64,000 nt of DNA, from positions 2,624,001-2,688,000 of the forward strand of contig OY764159.1 of the NCBI GenBank assembly GCA_963668175.1, written 5' to 3'. A program made the position numbers and the translations under genes. The DNA comes from Syntrophales bacterium (GTDB lineage: Bacteria; Desulfobacterota; Syntrophia; Syntrophales; PHBD01). Of this stretch, positions 1-10,598 are shown piece by piece. Positions within the stretch are counted from its first letter, which is position 1. Every line of letters begins with the position of its first letter. The notes under the pieces were generated by a model, which made no database searches, was not told the origin of the DNA, and saw only the letters and a list, made by a program, of their open reading frames with translations.

Positions 1-1296
1 CAGTTCGAGCTGGCGCCGGTCTTTGAAGAGGCCAACGTGGCCGTCGACCACAACCAGATCGTCATGGACACCATGCAGGCCGTCGCGAAGAAACATAAGC
101 TCATCTGCCTGCTCCACGAGAAACCCTTCGCGGGCATCAACGGTTCGGGCAAGCACCTGAACTGGTCGCTCTCCGACAGCAAGGGGAACAACCTTCTCAA
201 TCCCGGCAAGACGCCGCAGGACAACATCCAGTTCCTGGTCTTCCTGATCGCCACCATCCGCGCCGTCTACAAGCATGCCGACATCCTCCGTGCTTCCGTC
301 GGCACCTACGCCAACGATCACCGCCTCGGCGCGAACGAAGCGCCCCCGGCGATCCTCTCCGTCTTCTTGGGCGACCAGTTGACGAAGATCCTCGAAGACA
401 TCGAGAAGGGCAAGGCCTCGAAGGCCACGGACAAGGAGATCATCGACCTCGGCGTCTCCGCGCTGCCGAACGTCAGCAAGGACAACACCGACCGCAACCG
501 GACGTCGCCCTTCGCCTTCACGGGCAACAAGTTCGAGTTCCGGACCGTCGGTTCCGGCCAGTCGATTTCCTTCCCGGCCGCCGTTCTCAACACGATCGTC
601 GCCGAGAGCCTCGACTATATGTACGAGAAGATCAAGGCTTCGACCGAGAAGAACATCTCGCAGGCCGTCTTCGCCGTCCTGAAGAAAGAAATCAAGGACA
701 TCCGGCCGATCCTCTACAACGGCGACAACTATACCCCCGAGTGGGAAAAGGAAGCCGCCAAGCGGGGACTGCCCAACGACAAGACCACGCCGGTCGCGCT
801 GAAGACCCTCGTGACCAAGAAGGCCCTGGATATCTTCGCCAAGTACGAGGTCCTTTCCAACGTGGAATTGAAGTCGCGGTATCTGATCTACCTGGAGCGG
901 TACATCAAGGACCTGGAGATCGAGGTCAAGTGCCTGAACAACATCTGCGTAAGCCAGATTATTCCGGCGGCGACGGTCTACCAGAAGAGTCTGGCGGATA
1001 CGGTCCTCGCAACGAAGGAAGCCCTCGGCAAATCGGCCGATTGCGCTGCCCAGCAGGAATTGCTGAAGAAGATCGTCGAGCTGACCGGCAAGATCTTCGC
1101 GACGAACAAGGACATCCTGGCCAAGGTCGCGGCGGCGTCCTCCATCCACGACGAGCAGAAGAGGGCGGAGACGCTCTCCGGCAAGGTAAAACCCAGGATG
1201 AACGAACTTCGCGAATACGTCGACGAGCTGGAAGGCCTCGTCGACGACGAAATCTGGCCGCTGCCGAAGTTCTGGGAAATGCTTTTCATCTGCTAG
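1..1296 (+). CDS. glnA: Glutamine synthetase type III, C-terminal part (5' end outside window)
   Basis: HEKPFAGINGSGKH, RLGANEAPP and DRNRTSPFAFTGNKFEFR motifs and the WPLP C-terminal motif are typical of GSIII. Confidence 0.93.
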   Translation, partial: QFELAPVFEEANVAVDHNQIVMDTMQAVAKKHKLICLLHEKPFAGINGSGKHLNWSLSDSKGNNLLNPGKTPQDNIQFLVFLIATIRAVYKHADILRASVGTYANDHRLGANEAPPAILSVFLGDQLTKILEDIEKGKASKATDKEIIDLGVSALPNVSKDNTDRNRTSPFAFTGNKFEFRTVGSGQSISFPAAVLNTIVAESLDYMYEKIKASTEKNISQAVFAVLKKEIKDIRPILYNGDNYTPEWEKEAAKRGLPNDKTTPVALKTLVTKKALDIFAKYEVLSNVELKSRYLIYLERYIKDLEIEVKCLNNICVSQIIPAATVYQKSLADTVLATKEALGKSADCAAQQELLKKIVELTGKIFATNKDILAKVAAASSIHDEQKRAETLSGKVKPRMNELREYVDELEGLVDDEIWPLPKFWEMLFIC

Positions 1297-1337
1297 GAAG
1301 GCTTCTCCGGCGTACGCAAACAGCGATACCATGAACA

Positions 1338-1374
1338 GGAAAAGCGGGGACCGCAAGGTCTCCGCTTTTCTTTT
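1338..1374 (+). terminator. Rho-independent terminator, possibly bidirectional
   Basis: GAAAAGCGGGGA-ccgcaagg-TCTCCGCTTTTC followed by TTTT, between convergent genes. Confidence 0.75.
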
Positions 1375-1389
1375 GCGCTCTGCCCGCCG

Positions 1390-3900
1390 TTATTTTCTGT
1401 CGATTTCCTTCCTCACGGCCGCCCCGAGGTCGGCCATGAGATAGGGCTTTTTCAGGAAGGTGCCGACCCCCAGGTGCCTGGCTTCGTCCGTCCGGTCCGT
1501 CTCGGAATAGCCGCTGACGATGACGGCTTTCTGGCCGGGACGGATCTTCGCGATCTCCCTGTAGGTGTCGAGGCCGTCCATGCCGGGGTCCATGATCATG
1601 TCGAGAATGACGAGGTCGGCCCCGTTTTCCGCGAGATACGCGACCGCCTCTTCCCCGCTCGCGACTGCCGTCGCCGCGTAGTTGAGTTTGGCGAGCATCC
1701 TCTTGATGAGCCGGCGGTTTCCTTCGTCGTCTTCGACGATCAGCACCGACTCTCCCCGGCCCTCGCACCGCTCTTCCAGCGTCCTCGCCTCCGCGCGGAC
1801 GTCGTCCCGGCAAAGCGGGAAGTAGAGGGTGAAGGACGTTCCCTTGCCCTGCGTGCTCACGACGTCGATGTATCCGTTATGGTCCTTGACCGTCGCCCAG
1901 ACGACGGCGAGGCCCAGTCCCGAGCCGTTCCGCCCCATCTGCTTCCTGGAATAGAAGGGCTCGAAGATGTGCCTCAGGTGCTCATGGCCGATGCCGCTGC
2001 CCGTGTCCTCGACGGACAGGACGGCGTAGTCGCCGGCGGCGATTTCCTCGTATCCCTTCCAGGGAAGCGCCAGGTGCCGCCGCGCCGTGCGGATGTAAAT
2101 GCCGCCATCTTCCGGGATGGCGTCGGCCGCGTTCAGGACGAGGTTCATGAGCGCCTTGCCGATGTGGACGGGCGAGCAGTCGACGATGAAGTCGCCGAAG
2201 CCGAGAAAGGCGTCGACCATGATTTCCGGGCGCGAAGCCCGGAGCGCGGCCAGTTCCGGCGTCTTGAGCTGATCGGCGACGATCTTGTTCAGGCTGCACG
2301 GCGCCGTCGTCATGGCCCCCCGGCGCGACATGGTCAGCAGGTCCTGAACGACCGTGGCGGCCCGCCGGCCGCTGTCCATGACGGCGAGGACGTCCCCCTG
2401 GAGCTCGTTATGGTGCGACAGACGGTCGGCCAGGATCTCCGAATATCCCACGAGGACGCCGAGGATGTTGTTCAGGTCGTGGGCGACCCCGCCGGCCAGG
2501 ACGCCGGAGATTTCCATCTTTTCCAGGCGGCGTATGCGTTCCATGAGGATGCGCTTCTCCTCTTCCGCCCTTTTCCGGTCGGTGAGATCGTTCACCAGCG
2601 CGTAAATGATTTTCCGGCCGCCGGACGTGCAGCGGCCAAGCACCATTTCGACAGGGAAGACCGAACCGTCTTTTCTCCTGTGCAGCCTTTCCGCGACGTA
2701 CTCCGCCGCGCCCGTGAGCGCCGCCCGCCGGAAGGCCGTCTCCGGCGCTGCGGATTCGGCCGAGAGGTCTGCGGCCGTCATCCTGCTCGTCAACTCCTCG
2801 CAGCCGTATCCGTAGAGCCGTACGGCGGCGTCGTTGGCATCCTCGATCCGCAGGGTCTCGCCGTCAAGGATCAGCATGGCGACCAGGTCGTTCTCGAAGA
2901 GGCGGCGGCCCCTCTCTTCGCTTTCCCTGACCATGTCCTGGACCGAATGGAGCATCGCTTCCGTCTTCTTGAGTTCGCTCCGGCGGAGTTCCAGCTCCTG
3001 TTCCAGCCGGTGCGTGAACATGTGCTGCAGCGCCTTATCGGCGGAGGTCTCCGGCGCGCCGAACTCCCGCCGTATCGTGAAAAGCGATATCATCAGGTAG
3101 ACGCAGCCCGCGTACTGGCCGATTCTGCCGAGCCAGTTCAGGGGGCTGCCCAACTCCTTTTGAAAGAAAAGCGCTACGAGGCCGATGGTGATCAGGAGCA
3201 GACCGTCCCGGTACCAGGAGAAGAAGACATGCCCCGTTTTCTTCCATGCGAAATCGACGACCAGGGAGGATATGGCGAAGAGGATGACGGCGGCGCTGAG
3301 GACCGCCTGGCGGAGGACCGTGGGGCCCTGATCCTCGACGAAGAAGACGGGCATCTGGCGGTGCAGGGCCAGGAAGGCGAGAACGATCATGAAGGCCGTC
3401 ACGGCCAGATAGGAGGAGACGACCTGGATGCATATGCGCCTTATGCTCTGCCTGCGCGTATCCCCCGTCAGAACCGCAAAGCCGCAGTAGAACTGGCAGA
3501 CCGCGGCGATGAAGCATCCGGTGTTATGGAGGGTGACGATTGCGTTCGGTATGCGGTGGGAGTTCGCCGTCAGGCCTCCGAGAAAGGACCCCCATGCCAG
3601 GGCGACCATGCCGGCGCCGAGCCAGAGAAAGACGGAAGAGCGGCTCATGATGGAGCTGCGGGCTGCGTAATAGGATATCCAGAGGGGAATGGCGGTGAGG
3701 AAAAGGGTGTTGAGGAGCCCCAGAACCAGGGGCGATTCGTAGCTTCGGTTCGCTTCCACCGACAGAAAAAAGGCCAGAAGCAGGACCAGAACGGGAATGG
3801 GCGCGAAGGCCCATGCCGTTTTCTGACGGTAGAAAAACCCGTTATAACTGGGCGCCGTATCGTTGCCGTGGTGCAATCGGCGCGTATCTGCCCGGCCCAT
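1390..3900 (-). CDS. Membrane-bound PAS hybrid sensor histidine kinase/response regulator
   Basis: About 8 N-terminal TM helices (MASE3-like), a PAS domain, H-box AHDLNN, DTGSGI/GSGLGL ATPase motifs and a C-terminal REC domain (LDMIM...KP). Confidence 0.9.
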   Translation of the reverse strand: MGRADTRRLHHGNDTAPSYNGFFYRQKTAWAFAPIPVLVLLLAFFLSVEANRSYESPLVLGLLNTLFLTAIPLWISYYAARSSIMSRSSVFLWLGAGMVALAWGSFLGGLTANSHRIPNAIVTLHNTGCFIAAVCQFYCGFAVLTGDTRRQSIRRICIQVVSSYLAVTAFMIVLAFLALHRQMPVFFVEDQGPTVLRQAVLSAAVILFAISSLVVDFAWKKTGHVFFSWYRDGLLLITIGLVALFFQKELGSPLNWLGRIGQYAGCVYLMISLFTIRREFGAPETSADKALQHMFTHRLEQELELRRSELKKTEAMLHSVQDMVRESEERGRRLFENDLVAMLILDGETLRIEDANDAAVRLYGYGCEELTSRMTAADLSAESAAPETAFRRAALTGAAEYVAERLHRRKDGSVFPVEMVLGRCTSGGRKIIYALVNDLTDRKRAEEEKRILMERIRRLEKMEISGVLAGGVAHDLNNILGVLVGYSEILADRLSHHNELQGDVLAVMDSGRRAATVVQDLLTMSRRGAMTTAPCSLNKIVADQLKTPELAALRASRPEIMVDAFLGFGDFIVDCSPVHIGKALMNLVLNAADAIPEDGGIYIRTARRHLALPWKGYEEIAAGDYAVLSVEDTGSGIGHEHLRHIFEPFYSRKQMGRNGSGLGLAVVWATVKDHNGYIDVVSTQGKGTSFTLYFPLCRDDVRAEARTLEERCEGRGESVLIVEDDEGNRRLIKRMLAKLNYAATAVASGEEAVAYLAENGADLVILDMIMDPGMDGLDTYREIAKIRPGQKAVIVSGYSETDRTDEARHLGVGTFLKKPYLMADLGAAVRKEIDRK

Positions 3901-4360
3901 GGCTATCCCTCGACAGTAAAAAGTGGTGCACGAATCCTCTGCGGTTCCATTCTTGCTGCATTTCCCCCTCCTGAATTTGAAAGAAGTGCTGCTTTGGGAA
4001 TTTCCGTTTTTTGAGAAATAGTTTCCGCAAGAGCTGGCGGCGGTGCAGCCGGGGACAGGGATTTCCGGGGCTGCGGCCTCGACTCAGATGCGGGTGTCTA
4101 CAGGGACTACGGATTCTACGCTGTGATGACGCATGTCGCGCATCCCGAAATTACGGCACTGCGGGATGCGGCTCTGCGCGGCGAGTCCGGAAAGCGACGG
4201 GGCGCAGAATGCTGCACTGCGGTGAAGGCGGAAACAGGGATCGGTATGAGAGCGGCTGTAACACATGTCGAACTCACCCGTTTAGAAGGCACTTCCCCCT
4301 TGGCGTTTATCTTCGGTTTCGGGGAGTGCTGTTGGGGTTACCTGATTGACGAATAGACAC

Positions 4361-4446
4361 GCTTCTTAACGATCATTTGATCATAAATCGTTAGGAAGTC
4401 AAGAAAAATTAATATGTATCGAAGTACATATATGTCAAAAATGACA
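4361..4446. promoter_or_regulatory. Cluster of three palindromes in an AT-rich intergenic region
   Basis: CTTCTTAACGAT...ATCGTTAGGAAG, ATATGTA-N6-TACATAT and TGTCA-AAAA-TGACA lie upstream of the kinase gene. Confidence 0.45.
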
Positions 4447-4469
4447 CGAGCGACGGCCGGTCCAAAGGC

Positions 4470-5327
4470 TTACGGGACCGGCCCGGGGGGAAGGCCGCTG
4501 CCGGGTATACGCGAAATCTTATAAGTGTTTTGATTCAGAAAATCCATGACTTCGGTCCACCAGGCAAACTCGGGGCCGGATGGCCAGTCGTTATGGCCGG
4601 CATCGGGGAATGTCCACATCCGTTTCGGTCCGGGCAGCGCCTTGTAAAGATTTTCCGTCAGGCGGTTGGGTATGATCTCGTCCCGGCCGGCCATGACCAC
4701 GGCGACGGGGCCCTTGTAGCAGGAGAGGTTCGCGACGCTGTCGTAACGGTCGGCGAGGAATATCCGGACGGGGAGCCAGGGGAATTGCGCGTCCGCTTCG
4801 TTCGCCAGCGTGTCCCACGGGGTGATGAGGGCGACGCCGCGGGGGAGAAGCCTGTCGTCGCAGGCCAGCGCCGCCGCCACGCCGCAGCCGAGCGATTCCC
4901 CCAAAAGGAAGAGCGGGCCGCCGAAGGTCTCCCGGGCGCGCAGCGCCGTCGTCCGGGCGTCCGCAACGAAGCTCTTTTCGCCCAATTCGCCGGACCGGCC
5001 GCCGTAGGCCGGGTATTCGGCGAGCACCACGCGGTAGCCCCGCCGCTCCAGGGCGTCGATGTAGTATGTGCGGAACACGGCGGGACCGCCGTTGCCGTGG
5101 AAGACGACGACCGTGCCCCTGGGATGTGCCGGTCCCCTGCGGCTCACGACGGCGCGATAATCATCGTACCCCGCCGGCCACACCTCAAGGCCCGCGACGG
5201 CCGCGTATTGCCGGATGTCGGCGATCTTTTCCGCGCCGGGATGATAGATCGTGCCCCGCCCGTCGCACCCGCAAAGGAGCGCAAGCGCGATCCCGAGGAT
5301 TGCGCCGTATGCCGCCCGGCGCTTCAT
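4470..5327 (-). CDS. Alpha/beta hydrolase, probable lipoprotein
   Basis: FHGNG, nucleophile elbow GESLG, D (DEII) and H (AGHND) triad; N-terminal signal with Cys. Confidence 0.88.
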   Translation of the reverse strand: MKRRAAYGAILGIALALLCGCDGRGTIYHPGAEKIADIRQYAAVAGLEVWPAGYDDYRAVVSRRGPAHPRGTVVVFHGNGGPAVFRTYYIDALERRGYRVVLAEYPAYGGRSGELGEKSFVADARTTALRARETFGGPLFLLGESLGCGVAAALACDDRLLPRGVALITPWDTLANEADAQFPWLPVRIFLADRYDSVANLSCYKGPVAVVMAGRDEIIPNRLTENLYKALPGPKRMWTFPDAGHNDWPSGPEFAWWTEVMDFLNQNTYKISRIPGSGLPPGPVP

Positions 5328-5563
5328 TCCCGGAATTCCGACCGGATGTCGGCGAGTTCTTTCTTGTTCTTCCGGAAGACGAGGAAGCTGTGGAGGAACC
5401 AGCCGATGAGAAAGCCGAGGGCCGCCGTGAGAAAAATCAACAGGGCGAGGGACAGGGAGATTTTCCAGAAGAAAATGCCGACCGTGACGGACGCGACGTT
5501 CTGGACGACGAAAAGGACGGCCAGGCAGGCCGCGACGATAATAAGGACGAGCTTGGCGTTCAT
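5324..5563 (-). CDS. LapA-family (lipopolysaccharide assembly protein A domain) small membrane protein
   Basis: Two TM helices with the FVVQN...V.V..FFW pattern and a basic tail; start taken at MNAKL. Confidence 0.75.
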   Translation of the reverse strand: MNAKLVLIIVAACLAVLFVVQNVASVTVGIFFWKISLSLALLIFLTAALGFLIGWFLHSFLVFRKNKKELADIRSEFRE

Positions 5564-5725
5564 GATGCGCACCTTGCTGATGGGTTGACGAAGTCCGGAA
5601 GGCGGATCTTCCATTCCGGACGGCTGCAGAAAAATATAGGAAGGAAAAGGCGGCGTGTCAACGAAATAATGGCCGCCCGAAGGAAGACGTTGCAGGCGGG
5701 GGCGGTTTAGGATAAACGGGGCGGT

Positions 5726-6610
5726 ATGGAAGCAACGTGGATACTCGCAGCGATGTCGGCCGCCTTATGCGGCGGAACGGCCGACGCCTTCACGAAGAAG
5801 GCCATGCAGGGACACGACGTGTATGCCGTCGCCTGGCTGCGGCAAGTCGTGGTTGTCGCTCTTTTGGCGCCGGTTCTCTTTTTCATCCCCGTGCCCGCTC
5901 TCGACGGCGTTTTCTATGAATCCATCCTTTGCGCCCTGCCGTTCGAGATCGCGGCCTATGTCCTGTATATGAAGGCCATCAGGACGTCGCCGCTCAGCCT
6001 CACCGTGCCGTTCCTGGCGCTGACGCCGGTGGCGCTCATCGCCATCTCCTACGTCGCCCTGGGGGAGCGGGTGTCCCCGTTGGGCGGCGTCGGCATCCTG
6101 GCGATCGCCCTGGGCAGCTACACGCTGAACCTGAAGGAGGCGGGCCGGGGGGTGCTGGCGCCGATCAGGGCCATCGCCAGGGAGCGGGGCTCCGTCATGA
6201 TGATCGCCGTGGCGGTCCTTTACGCCTTCACGAACACCTTCGGCAAGCAGGGCATCAACCATTCGTCGGCGCTCTTCTTCGGCATCGTTTACAACCTGGC
6301 CTTCTTCGCCGTCGTGAGCCCGGTCCTGTTCAGGCTGGGGAATCTGCATGCCGGGGGCCGCCTTTCCAGGGGCGCATTGAAGGCGGTCCTCTTTCCCGGC
6401 TGCGTCGCCGCCGCCAACGCGATCTTTTACAACATCGCCATGTCCATGGCGCAGGCGGCGTATGCGGTCGCCGTCTTTCGCCTGAGCCTGCTCGTCGGCG
6501 TCGTCTACGGCCATTTCCTGTTCGGGGAGACGGGATTCCGGGAGCGGCTGGCGGGTTCCGCGCTCATGCTCGCAGGATTCGCGATGATCGTTTTGAGCCG
6601 GCGAGCTTGA
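5726..6610 (+). CDS. EamA/DMT family transporter
   Basis: About 10 TM helices in two repeats; SPLS...P, LGE and LFGE...RLAG motifs. Confidence 0.85.
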   Translation: MEATWILAAMSAALCGGTADAFTKKAMQGHDVYAVAWLRQVVVVALLAPVLFFIPVPALDGVFYESILCALPFEIAAYVLYMKAIRTSPLSLTVPFLALTPVALIAISYVALGERVSPLGGVGILAIALGSYTLNLKEAGRGVLAPIRAIARERGSVMMIAVAVLYAFTNTFGKQGINHSSALFFGIVYNLAFFAVVSPVLFRLGNLHAGGRLSRGALKAVLFPGCVAAANAIFYNIAMSMAQAAYAVAVFRLSLLVGVVYGHFLFGETGFRERLAGSALMLAGFAMIVLSRRA

Positions 6611-6751
6611 CGATACGATAATCCGTTTCCGCATGAGAAATCGGAGCGGTTTCTGTTCAAGAAGCAAACAGGCTTCGTGAAAAAGCCGGGTCTCCATACC
6701 GTATCGTTACGGCAGACGGCCCGGCTTGGTCGATAGTATGATGGTTTTCTT

Positions 6752-7180
6752 CTATTTACATACTTCTCCGACTGTCAACGTAAATTCACACGGCCTTGAC
6801 GGATTTTCCTGCCAGAGATGCTTATCAAGTTCTGCCGTACAACCGGCGTCTTCAAGCAATCCGATATTTCCTTCCCTGTTGCAAACCAGGATAATTGCAT
6901 GCTTGTCCTGACGCAGCACACGCAACTTATAATTGCCGAAAGGTTCCAGGAGGCTCTTGTCGTGTACGGTTGCACGATTCAGAAACTCTCGATCGTCGAT
7001 ATTGTCCGGGATATCCCCGTACCGGGCAGCAGATTCCGCGGCTGCGCTTAGCTTCGTTAATGCCGCGGCCTTTTGGTACATCTCGTCTGGATCGACCGCC
7101 TTGGCTGCGATGCAACTCAGCGATACGGATAACACGAGCATGAAAATCGGTATATATGGAATAGTCCTGTAGCGTTTCAT
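6752..7180 (-). CDS. Hypothetical lipoprotein
   Basis: 142 aa with a signal peptide and LSC lipobox; its start overlaps the stop of the upstream PLC-like gene (ATGA). Confidence 0.7.
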   Translation of the reverse strand: MKRYRTIPYIPIFMLVLSVSLSCIAAKAVDPDEMYQKAAALTKLSAAAESAARYGDIPDNIDDREFLNRATVHDKSLLEPFGNYKLRVLRQDKHAIILVCNREGNIGLLEDAGCTAELDKHLWQENPSRPCEFTLTVGEVCK

Positions 7181-8121
7181 GCCACACCTCCTTTCCAGAA
7201 CACCATGCTGTTTTTTTCATCCCGTCCTGTATCGAGGTTCCAGTCTCCCATCACGGAAGCGTAAGCGTCTTGACTTTTCAATGCCCCGTTTGCGATGATC
7301 TGCCATATCTGTACGACGTTTTGAATGGCCTTATCGAAAATGGCGTCGTAGTCCATCTTCGCGCCCCCGGGAACGGTCAAGCGAGTGATATATCGGCTGT
7401 CGATTTGACTAGTGGGAGGATAGACCAGACCCAGGTCCATCGCCACGTGCCTCGCCAGCGGAAAGAGATGCCCCCCTTCTTCCGCGATTTTCCCAATCCC
7501 GAATTGAAATCCTTTATGCCATGCGTTGATGTCGGGGGGATTAGCAGCGAATTCTTTCGCGTGAACTTCTTGAAGAATCCCGGTCCATAGCGACACGATG
7601 TCCTGATCGATCATCTTGGGATTCTTTATATCCACGCATTTCGCAATCCCCGAATCCAGGTATTCTGCCAGTCCGATCGGTCCGAGATTCATCCGCTGAA
7701 AGATGTAGGCGTCCTGATGCATCTCGCAGATCCTGTGTTCCATTTCGTTGCCTTGATACGGCCCGACGATCAATTCCACAACAGGATGAATGGTCGTATC
7801 CGTCGTCACGTGGGCCGCGAAGCCCATGAGCCACGCGAGGCATTTCTTTTGTGTTTCTCCCTTCAGTTGTCTGAGCCGTTTCACGCCGGCCTGTATGACA
7901 TGGCCGGTCCGCGTGTAATGCATAATGTCAGCCCATCTCTTGGCGTGGTCGTCACCGATGACGAGGTATGGATAGTCGGGGCTGACCGCACCCAACTCGC
8001 AATACTTAAGGTATTGAAGCACGGCAGCCTTGGCTTCGTTGGGAAAATCGGGGACGGCGTCGAGACGTCTCGTTTCTCTTGCTTCGTTGATAAGCGTAAG
8101 GTGAGCGTAAGCACCTGGCAT
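7177..8121 (-). CDS. Zinc-dependent phospholipase C family protein
   Basis: N-terminal MP...H, GAVSPD, H(Y), AHVTTD...HP and H...E zinc-ligand pattern; AGGAGG RBS. Confidence 0.8.
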   Translation of the reverse strand: MPGAYAHLTLINEARETRRLDAVPDFPNEAKAAVLQYLKYCELGAVSPDYPYLVIGDDHAKRWADIMHYTRTGHVIQAGVKRLRQLKGETQKKCLAWLMGFAAHVTTDTTIHPVVELIVGPYQGNEMEHRICEMHQDAYIFQRMNLGPIGLAEYLDSGIAKCVDIKNPKMIDQDIVSLWTGILQEVHAKEFAANPPDINAWHKGFQFGIGKIAEEGGHLFPLARHVAMDLGLVYPPTSQIDSRYITRLTVPGGAKMDYDAIFDKAIQNVVQIWQIIANGALKSQDAYASVMGDWNLDTGRDEKNSMVFWKGGVA

Positions 8122-8479
8122 ATAAACCTCCTCTCGTCTTAAAAGGACAAAGATGGGTTTGGAACTCTTACGTATGAATGCCGCTGTTCTCTACGTCCAG
8201 ATCGTGTCACGGAAAGTGCGCGGGCAACGTATCGGCGCATGATGATTCCGGCACATCTTTCGTGATGTAGCCTGCTGAAAAGGGTATTCGGAAATGAAGA
8301 TCGACGCGAAGTAAATGAATGAGATCGTTGCGTATGCAAGCCATGCCATTATACAGAGTGATTGTCAAGATATAATATGAATATAATATAGATAAAATTC
8401 AATGTTATTTCGACTGCACGTCCAGCGGCGGCGCAACGGGCCGTCGAATCGTGCGGTGCAGGCCCGCCGGGCCGTGGCG

Positions 8480-9676
8480 TTACGGGATGGGGAAGGTCTT
8501 GGGGAACGGAAACGGGGCGGGCGGCGTGACGTAGACGAAGGCGCCCGCCAGGCCCAGGATGGCGCCCGCGCCGATAAGCCAGGTGGAGTTGACCTTGAAC
8601 TTCGTCAAAAGCACGAAAGCGGCAACAGAGAAGATGATCGTCGGCGGATCGACGAGGGCCTCGCGCCCCAGCACGCAGGCGACGCCTGCCATCAGCGCCA
8701 GGGAGGCGGCGACGACGCCGTCGAGGAAGGCGGAAAACCAGGCCGACTTGCGTATCCTGGACAGCACCCGATTGATGAGGGCGACGAAGACGAAGGACGG
8801 GAGGAATATCCCCACCGTCGCGGCGACGGCCCCCGGCACGCCGCCCACGATGAAGCCGATGAACGTGGCGGTCGTGAAGACCGGGCCGGGCGTCATCTGG
8901 CCGACGGCGATGGTGTCGAGGATCTGCCTGTCGGTGAGCCAGCCCAGGCGCGTCACGAAATCCGCCTGGATGAAGGCGAGAAGGACGTAGCCGCTGCCGT
9001 ACAGCACGGAGCCGATTTTCAGGAAGGCGAGAAAGAGGACCGGCAGGCTGTAGGCCGTAACGGCCGCCGCCGGAATGTACGATACGGGAAGTCCGAGGCC
9101 GGCGAGGGGCAGGAGGCCCAGCATGCCCACGGGCTTGAAGCGCCGGAAGTTGACGGCCGCCGTGACGATCAGGCCGCCCGCGAGGATCAGGGCCAGCTCG
9201 TTGACCTTCAGGAAATAGAGGGCGAAGGCGGCCACGGCGACCGCCGCGACAAGGGGGCCTTTCACGGCCCTGCGCCCAAGGTCCCAGAGGGCCTGGCAGA
9301 TGATGGCGATGACGGCGGGCTTGATGCCGTACATGATCCAGGCGGTTTCCGGCTCCGCCCCGTGCCGCACATAGAGCCACGCGAGGCCCATGACGATGAG
9401 CATGGCGGGCAGGATGAAGCAGACGCCGCCGGCGATCAGGCCCGGCCAGCCGGCGCGCCGGTAGCCGATGTAGATGGCCATCTCGGTGGAGTTGGGGCCG
9501 GGGATGAGGTTGACCGCGCCCAGGAGGTCGAGGAATTCGTCTTCCGTGAGCCACCGGCGGCGCTTCACGACCTCGTCGTGCATCATGGCGATGTGCGCGG
9601 CGGGGCCGCCGAAGCCGGTGATGCCCAGCTTAAGGAAATAGGTGGCGACTTCCATCCATGGTTTCATGCAATCCAT
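8480..9676 (-). CDS. chrA: Chromate efflux transporter (CHR family, long chain)
   Basis: FGGPAAHI, IPGPNSTE, YGSGY and TPGPVF duplicated CHR motifs. Confidence 0.92.
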   Translation of the reverse strand: MDCMKPWMEVATYFLKLGITGFGGPAAHIAMMHDEVVKRRRWLTEDEFLDLLGAVNLIPGPNSTEMAIYIGYRRAGWPGLIAGGVCFILPAMLIVMGLAWLYVRHGAEPETAWIMYGIKPAVIAIICQALWDLGRRAVKGPLVAAVAVAAFALYFLKVNELALILAGGLIVTAAVNFRRFKPVGMLGLLPLAGLGLPVSYIPAAAVTAYSLPVLFLAFLKIGSVLYGSGYVLLAFIQADFVTRLGWLTDRQILDTIAVGQMTPGPVFTTATFIGFIVGGVPGAVAATVGIFLPSFVFVALINRVLSRIRKSAWFSAFLDGVVAASLALMAGVACVLGREALVDPPTIIFSVAAFVLLTKFKVNSTWLIGAGAILGLAGAFVYVTPPAPFPFPKTFPIP

Positions 9677-9782
9677 CCGTCCGGCGTAGGGCCGTTGAGC
9701 GCGCGAAATCTATAACATTTCCGGCGGAAGGGCAACGGGAAAATAGTGGGAGGAAAATCGGGCGGGCGGCAGGGGAGGAGCA

Positions 9783-10562
9783 TTAGGGCCGGGGCGGCTT
9801 TGTCGGCGTCAGTACGGCAAACGGTTTCGCTTCGCAGGCAATGGGACCGTCATGGCTCTTTCTCCTGAAGAGCTCCAGCTTACCCTCTCTCCATTTGAAT
9901 CCGTACCAATTCAGATTTTTCCGATGTCCTCCATGTGTCGTAATAATGTAGTTCGTGTCGCGTTCGTCGATTTCGACGGCGTCGAGAAGCATCTCGTACG
10001 TGAATTCCATACCGGGCCAACGGGCATGGCAGGACTTATCGAAAGAGTATTCGGCGCCCTTTTCGTCCGTATAGGTTCCGGCCAGCAGAAGCCCGTTGAC
10101 GTACAGATCGAGAGGCACGGGGATGCGTATGAGCGGTTCATCCTTGCTTTCCGTGATAGGGCTTTCTAAAACTACGAGGCCGGAGATCTTTCCCGATGCG
10201 TCTCTCCGGACCTTTAAGATCATGGCATCTATTTCCGTATCCTTGGGAAATTCTTCCTCCCAGCGCCCGACGGAGAGCCGGTAAACATCCGCCGTGTCCG
10301 TGGCGCGAACGCCGACGATCTTCACCCATGAACCCTCGTGAAAATTGGTCCATGTTATCCGGCCGTCGGGCGTAAAGGCGATGCTTTCGGGCAGACCGGA
10401 AAATGCCCGCTTCGTTGCGCGGACGGCCTCGACGTATTGTTCCCTGACCCAGATGCCTTCCAGTTCCCTGACGTCGAGCGGCTTCTTCTCGCAGCCGACG
10501 GCCATTATCGCGGAAAGGAGGATGAGGTATGTCAGGATATTTCTCGGTCTCGGCGTCGTCAT
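9783..10562 (-). CDS. Hypothetical lipoprotein
   Basis: 259-aa ORF with a signal peptide and VGC lipobox. Confidence 0.7.
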   Translation of the reverse strand: MTTPRPRNILTYLILLSAIMAVGCEKKPLDVRELEGIWVREQYVEAVRATKRAFSGLPESIAFTPDGRITWTNFHEGSWVKIVGVRATDTADVYRLSVGRWEEEFPKDTEIDAMILKVRRDASGKISGLVVLESPITESKDEPLIRIPVPLDLYVNGLLLAGTYTDEKGAEYSFDKSCHARWPGMEFTYEMLLDAVEIDERDTNYIITTHGGHRKNLNWYGFKWREGKLELFRRKSHDGPIACEAKPFAVLTPTKPPRP

Positions 10563-10598
10563 AACGGGGTTCTGTATGGCGAATACGTCTATTCCGCC

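Noticed and set aside
4011..4356. Short ORFs 4011..4349 and 4123..4356
   Set aside because: No RBS or family features; the region looks regulatory.
8272..8300. Third copy of the TGCTGAA...TGAAG RNA motif
   Set aside because: Partial match only, with no following terminator or clear promoter.
8325..8350. Sigma-54 promoter for the PLC-like gene
   Set aside because: GG-to-GC spacing is 8 nt, not the required 10.
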